From: Oopsacas minuta | Taxonomy: Eukaryota; Animalia; Porifera | Length of the DNA stretch: 64,000 nt | NCBI GenBank assembly: GCA_024704765.1 | Contig: JAKMXF010000222.1 | Span: forward strand, 620,001 to 684,000 | Direction: 5' to 3' | In this document: piece after piece, positions 24,201-36,200 of the stretch | Layout of the letters: each line of letters starts with the position of its first letter | Numbering within the stretch: the stretch's first letter is position 1 | The notes under the pieces: generated by a model | Databases searched by the model: none | What the model was told of the DNA's origin: nothing | The model's input: the letters and a program-made list of their open reading frames with translations, nothing else | Translations under genes and position numbers: made by a program

Positions 24201-27200
24201 ACTTGGTCGCTGCTCGACGGCATCAGCTCTTCGTGCCTCAGATTTAGTTTATGTATATGAAACTTCTAAATTTCTTATATAGTAGTTTTTGTTGCTACGC
24301 AACGGGATATACTTAGTACTCAGTGTGAGATTTAGGAATGTGGGGCTCGTGTTCGAGTGCAATTTTGGGGGCCCCTGGCACATTGGCGGCTCTATATACG
24401 AGTTAAAGTTTGGCACCATGCCAATTTTAAGAGTAACGTAGCCTTCAAAGTTGCCCACCTGTCTTTAAGCCAGAATTTGCAATGCTTATGTACGTATTCT
24501 CTATTCAACTTGACGCTTGATATGGAAATTTTGCATTATACTTCAAGCAAGATAATTGGAAAAATAATAGATACTTAAAAATTACTTTAAGCTCCAGCAA
24601 ATATGTATACCGAATTTTAACATACATCACTAAAATCCGGTAAAATTTTCATTTACCAAAGATGTTAGGCATTTCGAGGGAATATTTTGATTTTGTCAAA
24701 TACAAATTTTGAAAAAATATCTGCCTCGCTCTATGTGGGTATATTTAAATTTTTACAGGAAACCAAAAGTACAGGATGATATAGAATTGTAAGGCTTTCT
24801 AAAATGAATGTACGTACGAAACTACAAAAGTAACCAAGTTATGACCAATTAAAGTTTGTGGACAACAACAAATTTGTTGTTTGCCACTCCCTGTGCTAAC
24901 ATCGAGCGAGGTTAATTATTTTTTGAAAATTCCACAATATCAAAAATCTTCCCTCGAAGTGAGCTTGAAATGTGTAAAAAATGCAAGATTTCGATGCATG
25001 TTGAAAAAGTATATTTGCTGGTGCTTAGAACAATTTTTAGGCATAAAGCAGAACTCGGTTATTACGTACTTGTTGTCTCTCTATCCTTGTACAAATGGTC
25101 TAGGAAATTATTCAGATAAAACGTACTTCAGTTAGTATTGAGCATGGTGTCAAGCCCTTTCTAAAAGGCTCAAGTCCAACTCAACCTTAAGTAAAAAGTG
25201 ATTAAGTTCAACCCATTTTAAGCCTTTATTAGAGAATGGGCTTAAATCCAAGCTCAAGGCCTTGACACAAAGGGCTTAAGCCAATACTTACAAATACGTG
25301 CAATCCATGGTCTGTGGGATAACTCAGAAATGTTGGAACTCCATCACGACAATATTTTTATATTTTGTACAAAAACGGCTTTTGATCATTTGGAATTTCA
25401 ACATTTTGAACATAGATTAATAATTAACGTTCTGCATGGTTTCAAAGATGTAACATTTTAAATGCATATTTGCCAATTAGACTAGTAGATGACGTCACTT
25501 CGATCTGTATCTTCTCACACAGGTAGGTCTTGCACAGATGGCCCCACACGTGTGATGGTGTTTCGCCCAAACTCCCTCATTTTCACAACGGATGTATATT
25601 CTTTGAATAGCTTCTAATTAGAAGATCTGTTAAGCTTCTATGTTTCGCTACTGTGTGTATTTATTGATAAAAGCATGAAACTTTCCAAATTACATCTAAA
25701 TAAAGTATGAAGTGATTCTAGACGTGGAAACATCTTGAAAAAGGTCTCTGATGCTTGTATCAGCCATTTTTAATGTCACATTTTTGCGACACATTTCGAA
25801 TATCTCAAATCCTTCCTAACTTCCAGCAAGTTGTACTCTAATCCAATTTTTATATCGATATTCGTCATCAACATAAAATTTCCCTTCGTTTAAGTGGTCA
25901 CTCAAATAATTTGGGAATTTTTTCCCTAGCAATGCAGGAATGTCCCAGGAAAGCCACTAGGCTAGCTGGGTCTATTTATACACACATCGACCCTCGATAG
26001 TATAGTTTAACACGATTTTAATACATCGTCCTCTGCGGTCTCCTAATTTTCATTTTTGCATATCTCTCACAGAAACACGATTTTCTCGTTTCATCCCTGT
26101 AGCAAGCAATCCTATCACTTGAAGTAATCTATCCTGAGTCAGGTAATATTTATACGTTTAGAATTTTCATATTTCGATCCACTTGTGTGAAATTTATTCT
26201 ACCTATTCTAGGCACTTACAGGCTTCCAGATTTACTGCCTCAACTTTATTTCATACTTGGTCAACTGGAAACTCAATTAGAAAGACCAATAGACAACGGA
26301 TAACTATGATAACTATGATTTTATCATTAAAATCCCACTTGGCATCACATGCTTGTTATAAGCAACTTCGAGGGATGGATTGCATTACCTTGCCATATGA
26401 ATCTTCACTAAAACGATTATATTCCAACTTTGGTCTGAATACAGAATTCCTAACTTATTTGAGAGCTGAGACTACTGAATTTAATGAACTTGAACGTAAT
26501 CTCTGCCTGAACATGGATCAAATACATATGAAGTCTAACATTAAGTATAAAGGCTGGTTCGATATTATAATCATAACTTATTGATATATGTGTAATATTT
26601 AATTCTTCTTACTTTCTAACTACTTTTCTATAGCTGGAAAATTTATTGATTCGTAGAGTGTTCTAATGATTTTCTTGAGGTAGAACCTGCCAAAACATCA
26701 TTCTGTGTTTTTAGTGTCCAGTTTATCGAGAAAGGTCCTCAGTAGTACGTTTATTGCCTTAATCTAATCCGAAAGCATCTGATCTACTCCCAATTACACT
26801 ACAAGTTATCAGGGATATAGAGCAGTTAGACCTATTTGTAGATGTGATAGTTTAGATAGCTATCTACTTAATGTTAACTTTTTCAAATTACTTGGCCATA
26901 GTAAGGAACTTCTACCATATGTACTACACCCAAATAATAACAAACGGTCACGATACTTAATCTTTGATTTTGTACATATATTAATGACTATCAGGAATAA
27001 TTGGCTAAACCAGAAAGATTACAATTGTACATTCACATTTTCGTGTTTTCAAGATATCTACAATTCCATCTATCCAGTTAGACAGTCAAAAGCAGCTCTT
27101 CAAGGTAACAAAAATTTAATATACGAACTCGATACAATATAATAGTCTTTGATTCGTATTTTATAGGATTTGAGGTTACTCTATTAATTTGAAAATTTTC

Positions 27201-30200
27201 TGTGGCAAAGATTGCTCCACGGTTGATATACAAGGCTTGTTGGCCATCTTGTTTGTAATGACAGAGTGCATCACTTGGACTCAGGATTTTTGAGGAAAAG
27301 AATGTAGCTGCACTTACTATTAATCAATCTCATTTTAGAGAAGTCGAAAGAACAAAGTAATTGTTTACTCGATTTGTTTTGTTGTGTCTGGAAAATTTTC
27401 AACATAAACACAACTTGGAAAGGTCATGTCACAACGATCAGGATTCTTTTCCACTAAACTAAATGATAACCGATTTCAGCTATTATCTACTATTGGTATT
27501 TGACTAGAACAGTGGAGAGCATTACCAATTATTCATGGCAAGTTGACACTTCAAACTTTCACAAGCTTTCGTCATTCAAAAAATTCTGCATCTGATCGTT
27601 GTATCAATTTAAAAATTGAAAGTGAGGACAGTAATGATTGGACTTATGACTTTACTGACTGTTTTACTGAATGAAAGTCGATACTATATCATGTATGAAA
27701 CTGCAAGTGATTGCATACTAAATAATAAGGCAAATAATATTAACTATTTTACAACACATAGCCAATAAAAGAACCTTGGAAAAAGAGCCTTAACTAAGTT
27801 CAAATAGTGTGTGCATGTATTTTCAGAGAATTTTGACAGAAGCAAATCATTACATTTAGAATAGTATCTGTTAGTTGATTATATTGTAATCAAAATCCTG
27901 TACTCATTTGACACTTGAATGATTCCCATTTTTATGCTATATAAAATATAGTAAACTCGACTTCCTGTTATCCCTGATCCAAAGTAGTGATCAGGCCTTA
28001 TCTTTAGTAGGCTATGGATAGGGATAAATTATAGGGCCCTCTACACCCCGCGATATCCGCCACTGAAAGAATGTTTCCGAAAACCTCAAATTATACTCTC
28101 TGTATAGCACTTTATGCTGAATCTGAATTTCGCACTTAGAAAACTATTTACCACGGGTTATGTACCAACATTCCATGTATGTATTCCTTTCCTATAGAAA
28201 CTATTGAAAATCTTGTGCATCAGAGTGTCGCCCAAAAGATTCGAATTTTGAGCTGAAGACTTATATCAACACCACTAACAAGACATCCAAACTGAGAATG
28301 ATCATAAACATTTGATGTTTTTGCCCACTCTAGTATATATATATAAATACAGTGGAACCCGGTTAATACTATTAATGAATAAGACAAACAAATATTTGTA
28401 CACAATCAAGCCTTAGAATGGTCATTCAATTGGTATTACTCAGGTTATCATGAACTCCCGAACTCCCGATAATGCGAACAATATTGACTGTCCGTTGGTG
28501 TTCGTATTAACGAGGTTCCATTGTAAATATGTTATGGGCAGTATGAGAAATTGGGCATTATACATAATCCCAGGCAATATGCATAATGCTACTCTTATTG
28601 GACAATATACGAAATACAATAATCCTTACGCAATATATAATTTTCTTACCTTGATATCAGTAATTAGTATAACACTTTCGTCAGATTAACAAACTTATTC
28701 AATAATGAGGTTTAATCATATCTATGTTAATAATGTTATGGATGATACATAAACTTGAAAATTAATCATAAATAATTGGGGATATCTTTCCCAAATATGT
28801 TTTAGCTAGTTATTCTTCTATACATACTCAGCTACTTGGCTTACGTTTATTCTTTGCTAATAGTACTATGAGGTCTCTATTTTCACAACTCTACTTATTA
28901 CTGCAGCTTTGGTTGTTGTGACACCTACTATGACATAGTAGATTTGAACGATAACACTTGCACGTAGTACGAAGAGATGTTTTCTTACAAGAGCAATGAA
29001 ACATCCCTTGACCTGTCCCAACTGATTCATTGCGTGCTACTTGTCGCAAAGAAATCTCTTTTCCTGTTTGGACATCATTTATCTCCAAGAATTTATCCAG
29101 GCATGGAGTAAATTGATTTCTGGTGTAATGCGAATTCATTAGACCGTATTTTGTACCTAGCTTGTAGGTACCATTATGCTCGACTGCCACAACAACTGCT
29201 TTAATGTTTCGAAAGTCACCTTTACCTCGATCTATGGCAAAATATAAAGGGTCCAATGGAGACCACATAAAGTTGACGTACTTGGTTGAGGAGAACCACT
29301 TACGACATAGATTGTCCGACCGGAATGCATATAGCGGAATCTAGCATGATAGAATATCCCATATCTACGATCAGTTTTCATTAATTGAATAAATTAAAAG
29401 TCGCATAATTATTACGAGGCACTCTAAGAGTAGCACCATGCAATCAGTGACGGCGCTAGAGAAGCGGCTAGAGCCCCATCAAGTGGTGGGGCCTGAGAAG
29501 TAAAGGACTAGGATCTAGAAAAAGTATTTAAATCTTAAACCTTTATTACTGACTGCTTTATATACATTTTAAAAATTCAATATTGTGTAACATCTAATTT
29601 AGAATAATCGCTATTGCAATATTATCACATTTAAAATAATCACCATTTTCTTTAATCCGAATATATAGTAAGTTTTGCAGACCTAGAACTATCAATTGGA
29701 AACTAATATAATTATCTGCCCAAGTATGGATCGCTTTAATAAAAAGAAAAAATCGTGGTGAATTCGACACCTGAAAATTCCAGAGCCACTAGTAAAATTA
29801 GGAGATGAGATTAATGAGATTACTAATTATTCCTTATGCATCAATTTTCCAACCTATTTTAATTACTATCTTCCTCAATTAAACATACCGTAGCTATTAA
29901 AAAATATAATTCGTATAAGGTTTGTTAAATGGACAGCTGATTCTAAATTATTCATAATGTTCCTAAAATTAATTACTATACGCGTATTTTGCTTCGATAA
30001 CTTATAATTAAACGTTTAATCCCTTCAACCACGGAGAGCTAGCGCCTCCACTGATGCTATAAGAGTAGCACTATGCATATTGCTTGGATATTATACATAT
30101 TGTCCAATAAGAGTAGCATTATGCATATTGTCCCTGGACATTATGCATATTGTCCCTGGACATTATACATATTGTCCCTGGACATTATACATATTGTCCC

Positions 30201-33200
30201 TGGACATTATACATATTGTCCAATATGGTGGCATTATGCATATTGTACAATAAGAGTAGCATTATGCATATTGTCCAATATGGTAGCATTATGCATATTG
30301 TACAATAAGAGTAGCATTATGCATATTGTACAATAAGAGCAGTATTATGCATATTGTACAATAAGAGTAGCATTATGCATATTGTCTCTAGACATTATAC
30401 ATATTGTCCAATATGAGTAGCATTATGCATATTGACTAAGAAAGTAGCATTTTGCATATTGCCTGGGCATTATACATAATGACCAATTTCTCATATTGCC
30501 CTTAACATATACACAAACAGTGGATTTCGTTTTTTAGCAACTCGTATTTTTGCACAAATTTCCATTACTCAGACGCGAAGTTGCTATTAGTGGCACTTGG
30601 GTCCTGAAAATAGGTTACTCATATGCGAATATGGCTATTAAGCGAGTTGTTAATAAGCGAACTCCGCTGTATATACAGATTACATGCGTATTAATTGCAT
30701 AGATATTTAATAGCATAGATAATTAAAAAATTGCATTATTAAAGTGCTCGTAGATAGCCAAGTTCTAAATTCCATAGTTGATCTCGCTCACGTGTTATAA
30801 TTTCCAATTCCTTTTCTAACATAGCTTTTTCAGCTTGTAATTCATAAACCTCTTGTAAATAATCCTGTCTCTTCTCGCGTTGATATACCTTCGCTTGGAA
30901 GTTCTTCCTTAACTTCTTCATTCGCCTTTTTTCATATCGATTAAGATAGTTTATGTCATTTATATCTATTGACTCATTTTCAATTATATCTTTAAAATAA
31001 ATTCCAATTTCTTTCGCTGACATGATTGTACTTATCTTTTTACTACCATAACAAATCTACGCGTATTTATAATGGTTATAAGCTCTATTGTTAGAAATAC
31101 TGCTTGCTATAAATGTCTTACACTGAGCAGTTTATGAAAATAGGAATAATTTCTTAGCAGATATACGTATATTCGATATTACTATCAAATCTAGGTCGGC
31201 GTCTATCTAAGTCGGGGTCAACAACCCCAGTAAGCGGGTCTCGGATATAAACATATTAATTGTGAACTCAAATTTGGCTATTCAATTAAAATCCAAAATA
31301 ACATACACGTGTAATATTTTTTCGAACTATTCCTTGATTGAATGGTGAATAAAATGGTTCCAACATCGTTCAAGTACGGACTTTAGTCATGTACATCGTA
31401 TTTTACAATCAGTAAATAAAATACTGGAATCAATATTAGTATTGAGTCATCCTAACAAATTCACATACAGTAGAACTCGGTTAAGACGTACTCGATTGGG
31501 AAACAAAAAAGTACGTATTAACCGAAGTATGATGTATCCGAGGTACATCTTATCCGAGTACGTCATATTAGAGTACAGTAGACGCTCGTTAATACGTACA
31601 GCAGGGGACTGCCAGAATTCGTACTCCTTATCCGGAGTACGTATTATCCGAACTAATTTACATTGAAAAGGCATCGAACGGGGCCAGATAAAGTGTACAA
31701 ATTTGTACTCCTTAACCGTGTTCGTATTAACGAGACTCTACTGTACGTAGTAACCAGGCCAAGGTTGTTAGTAGCATTATGATTCTACGTACATAGTATA
31801 TGAATAATGACCCAGAAATAATTATTATTAATAGAAGTTTAGCAATATCCAGATTTCTAACGATTAGATAAAATCCTATTGTGATTCGAATCAGATTTGA
31901 TAATATAAAATGATATTTACTGCTCTTATCATTGAGACGTCTTATCCTAATACGTATTAACAGAATCATTTATAATGGATTAAATAGAACAAATTTCGGT
32001 TATTTTAGACAAGTAAGTTTGTATCTGCATTAATTCCATGTATTCAATACTGTTCTTGCCCTTTATCGCGTTATATTCCGTAATATTAATATCATTGGGA
32101 GTATATTTTCTTGAAAGTTTTATGTTATATATCAAATAGAATACGAAACTTCAAACTAGGATAATGATAATACCTTTTCCATATCCTTCTTTTCTCTTTT
32201 AGAAAGAGTACGTTTCATAGGTTCCTATAAAAAATTAAAACATTAAATAAGTTAAAGAAAATATGATCAAATTGATATGAAAATATTACATATTGAATGG
32301 TAACTACGTCAAGACTCTAAGACTTAATGTTGATTAGTATGACAGGGACTGAGTAGAATTTGAGCGATTAAAAATCAATGAATGATTCCGGAATTCTTTA
32401 GTTATTATCTTTGATTGCTTTTCTTAGTTGAATGAGGTTAATATCACCTGCTATTCATAAAATGATAAAATGGATAGTTGCAAAATATTAAATTCCTTAG
32501 AACTTAATTATTGCAACTTTCGATATGCGAGTATATTACAAAACTACAGATTGTATTGGGAAGATTTGTAAAACGCTTACTTACGTAAGTTTGAATAACT
32601 ATGAAATAAAATATGGATTACCTCTGGACTTTCTAGAGAAGTGGTGTGTAAGATATCAGGATTTTTACTGGATTCAATAGTAGAATAGTCCACTTCAGTA
32701 GTTTCTCTATCTTTTGAAGAAGTTGTCTGATAATCGTTTGATGAGTTAGAAAGAGAATTTGGTTCAGGAAACTTTGGTCTCGATGATGTGGTGAGTTGGT
32801 TATTAAGTGAACTGGGTGAAAAGAAAGCATATAAATCAAATTCGTGAAATTTGGCCTCAATTTACAGTTAATGTGAAACCATGAAATCTCCCTATATTGA
32901 AAGATAATAATTATCATAATACAACTGAGTTGGATTAAGTTTACTGAGGAAATTATGCCAGCGTTACAAATATTAAAAATTTGCATGTACCCTAAATTGT
33001 TGACTTCGCAATAATAGATGATTTATGGAATCAGTCACCAGGATAACCATATATGGGATCAGTGTTTCAGCTTGTTTCAATCGGGGACTGGAGTGGACTG
33101 TACTGAATCGGACCGACAAGGTATCATCAAGAATGTTCGTCAAAGCATTAATCGCAATTTCGAATAGTAACTTGTGCATAAATAAAATTTACCGCCGTCC

Positions 33201-36200
33201 TCAGAAGGAGTGGGCCGATTCGCAAAAGTGCTCAGAAAAACAAGGTTTAGACTGCATTTTAAATTAATCCATAGCCCACTATGCATAAGGCCTCAAAACT
33301 GATTATGAATTTTGGACCAGGGTCCGCGTGTCGATCAAAGTGAAATTTGAGGAATATGTGACGTGTTTGTTAAAATCATAATAACTGGGTATAATAACGT
33401 ATTCTAGAGTATATATTCGTACCCTAAGGCATTTTTCTAATTTTTTGAATATTTTCTACATTCTCCCAATTGAAATATGTTAGAATAGTAGTAAACTTAA
33501 TAAACATTATAATCAACAAATGATAGCTAACTTGACAGATAGTCAAGGTAAATAAATAAATCGATCCATGGGAAGTAGAAAAATGGTTTATCTAGATGCA
33601 GACAGGACTTTAATGGAAAATATCCAAGGTCGTTCAAGTGCTAACGAAGCAAAGTACAGGCTAGATATTTCTCATTGTGGAGATTCGAGATTACTGCTCA
33701 TCTGAGCATTATCGGCAAAATGTAAATTTCTTGGTGGCGAACCTAAGCCACCAAAATGTATATTTGGTGGCAATTAGCCACCATTTTACTCGTTTTTCGA
33801 GACACATTATATAATATCTACGTATGTATAATCTAAATATTTTGGCGGCTAACGCCACTAAACCACCAAATTTGTAGAGCACATTTGCTTTCCAACAGAC
33901 CTGCCCAGGTGCACGCTCTTCAATCTACTCCCACGATTTTTGTTTCTGGATCATAATGATAGATCCACGTTTCATCATATGTAAGAATATCAGAAACAGT
34001 TCTTGAAGTTCCATTAAAAAACTTTTACCAGGGTTACCAGGCGTTCTTTTTCAACCTCTGTCCTTTCTTCGAATATGTCCTTATTTTGTCCTTTTGTTAT
34101 TAAGAATTACTACATCTAATTCGGTATATAATAACATTTTGGTATATATGTTTTCTAACACAAATTTGTTACTTAGTGAGCTTTGCTATATGGCGAATCA
34201 GTATTCTATAGTTTAATAGTTACCAGTCAATTATTACTTAATCATGATCTTGCAAATGTTACTGTCCAATTAATTTCTGATTTCTATTGTCCATAAATAT
34301 TTCAACAATGTCCCATGTGTCATCGTTGTGTTTTACCCATGAACTATCTGACTAATTGATTAATGGGCTCTACAATAGCCTACTAAAGATAAGGCCTGAT
34401 CACTAAGTCAATTTTCACTGGACCAGGGATAAACGGAAGTGGATATATTGATATGGGAAATTCTATAATCATCGATAATATGAAACTGGCGCATTTTTAC
34501 CAGAATAAATGTATTACTGATATTCAAGAATTCACAAAAGCCACATTTGTGAAGATTTACAGATCGAAGTGACGTAATTTACTAGCGTAATTGGCAAATA
34601 TGTATTAAAATGGTCCATCTTTGAAACCGTGTAGAACGTTAATTATTAATCTATGTTCAAAATGTTGAAATTTCAAATGATCTAAAACCGTTTCTGTTAA
34701 AATTTAATAAAATTGTCATGATAGAGTTGGCATTTAGCTGAGTTATCACACAAACCATGGATGTTATATGTTTTGTTAATATCCTCTTATATATAACTCG
34801 ACAACCGTTACACATATTGTCAATTTAGCATTGCCAATATATAGCATACGCCTGACCTCCCTCATCCTTAGAATGGGGGAGCTACACACGTCAGAATTTA
34901 CTGTTGTGATTTTGTCAGAATATTTAGTTCTGCACTTGCCAGAATGGATATTTTAGAGTTTTGCACTTGTCAGAATAGATATTTTAGAGTTCTGCACTTG
35001 TCAGAATAGATATTTTAGAGTTCTGCACTTGTCAGAATAGATATTTTAGAGTTCTGCACTTGTCAGAATAGATATTTTAGGGTTCTGCACTTGTCAGAAT
35101 AGTTTTTATCGGGTTTTGATTTTGGGAGAATTGGATTTTGATTTGATTATCTAGCTAGCTTTGCTTGAGCTGAGAAGAGCAGGCATTTCAGTACACTATT
35201 TGGATAACTGGCTGGGTGTTTTTTGATACAGCTATATTTAATGAATTACCGGAAGGGGATATTTAAGTCTGTCAATCCAAAACAATAAACAACTAAATAG
35301 TGTCTAAACGAAATGCAAAATTCATTCTCTTAAATCGGAGCACAAAAACTCGATACAATCATTTTGGCAAAGTCAAAACTCGATAACAATTACTGCATGG
35401 TTTCAAAGATCGAGCATTTTTATACCTACTTGCCAATTACGCTTACAGATGACGTCATGTCAATCTGAAAATTTTCATTAAGGTGGCTTTTATGAATTCT
35501 TACATACCAATAATACATTTATTCGTGTAAAAACGTACCAATTTCATATTATTGGCGATTAAACATTCTCACATCAAAATATATCCACTTGGGGTGCATG
35601 CATTTGCTAGAATTTAGAAGTAGTCATTTGTTAGAATCATGCAAACCTTCATTTGTTAGAATCATTATAATTTGTCTTCTGGTGTCGCAATTTTCAAGCA
35701 CTTCCTCATCTGTATAGATACGATAGTCCAATCAAATACCACACCAGTTATCTGAACGAGTGTACTCAAATACTCATCTTCTCAGCTCAAGCCAAGCTAG
35801 CTAGATAATCCATGAAAATACCAATTCTAGCACACGCTCACGTCACTTCTAAATACTCTCATCAACTCACAACAGCGTTGGAGTTGTGCATTCAACACTA
35901 CATCATGAATGAACTATTCTAACAAACGCAAACATATGAATGAACTATTCTAACAAATGCAAACATATGAAAAACCCATTCTAACAAATGCAAACATATG
36001 AAAACTCATTCTAACAAGTGCAAACTGTAGAAATTCTAACAAATGACTACTTCAAAATTCTAACAAATGCTGCGCCCCCATCCACTTCCTTTTAACCCTG
36101 GTCAAAGTAGTGATCATGTCTTTTCTTTAGTAGGCTATGGCTAAACCGGTTTCATCTGAATGTAAATTTTTTATGAGAACATCTGGTAACCCCTGTTTCA

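Larger units (their letters stand above)
28530..30507 (-). mobile_element. Internally deleted Ginger2/KRBA2-like element
   Basis: TGT...ACA termini with inverted ends (TGTTATGGGCAGTATGAGAAATTGG / CCAATTTCTCATATTGCCCTTAACA). Flanks are aata and tata. ORF 28891-29268 carries the Cys-rich tail CSCKK..CKC..CHSRCH..C seen in KRBA2-like integrases. Confidence 0.7.
34374..36139. repeat. Long-TIR element with nested insertion and minisatellite
   Basis: Left arm 34374-~34640 pairs with 35385-35590 plus 36080-36139 once the GGGG element is removed. Termini ATAGCCTACTAAAGA / TCTTTAGTAGGCTATG. Related pieces at 25302-25510 and 27955-28016. Confidence 0.7.

Noticed and set aside
30073-30336. 87-aa ORF
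   Set aside because: It is a translation of the minisatellite.
30057-30480. CRISPR-like array
   Set aside because: The units are contiguous with no unique spacers, there are no cas genes, and the context is eukaryotic. The same applies to 34917-35101 and 55767-55970.
13485-31023. bZIP copies as transposon cargo or processed retrocopies
   Set aside because: I found no TIR/TSD pair bracketing any copy and no poly(A) tract after the stops, and each has its own TATA-like box. Not excluded for an ancient event.
25302-34763. One 9.5-kb element bounded by the inverted copies at 25302-25510 and 34559-34763
   Set aside because: It would contain host exons, each copy pairs better with its own nearby end, and there is no TSD.
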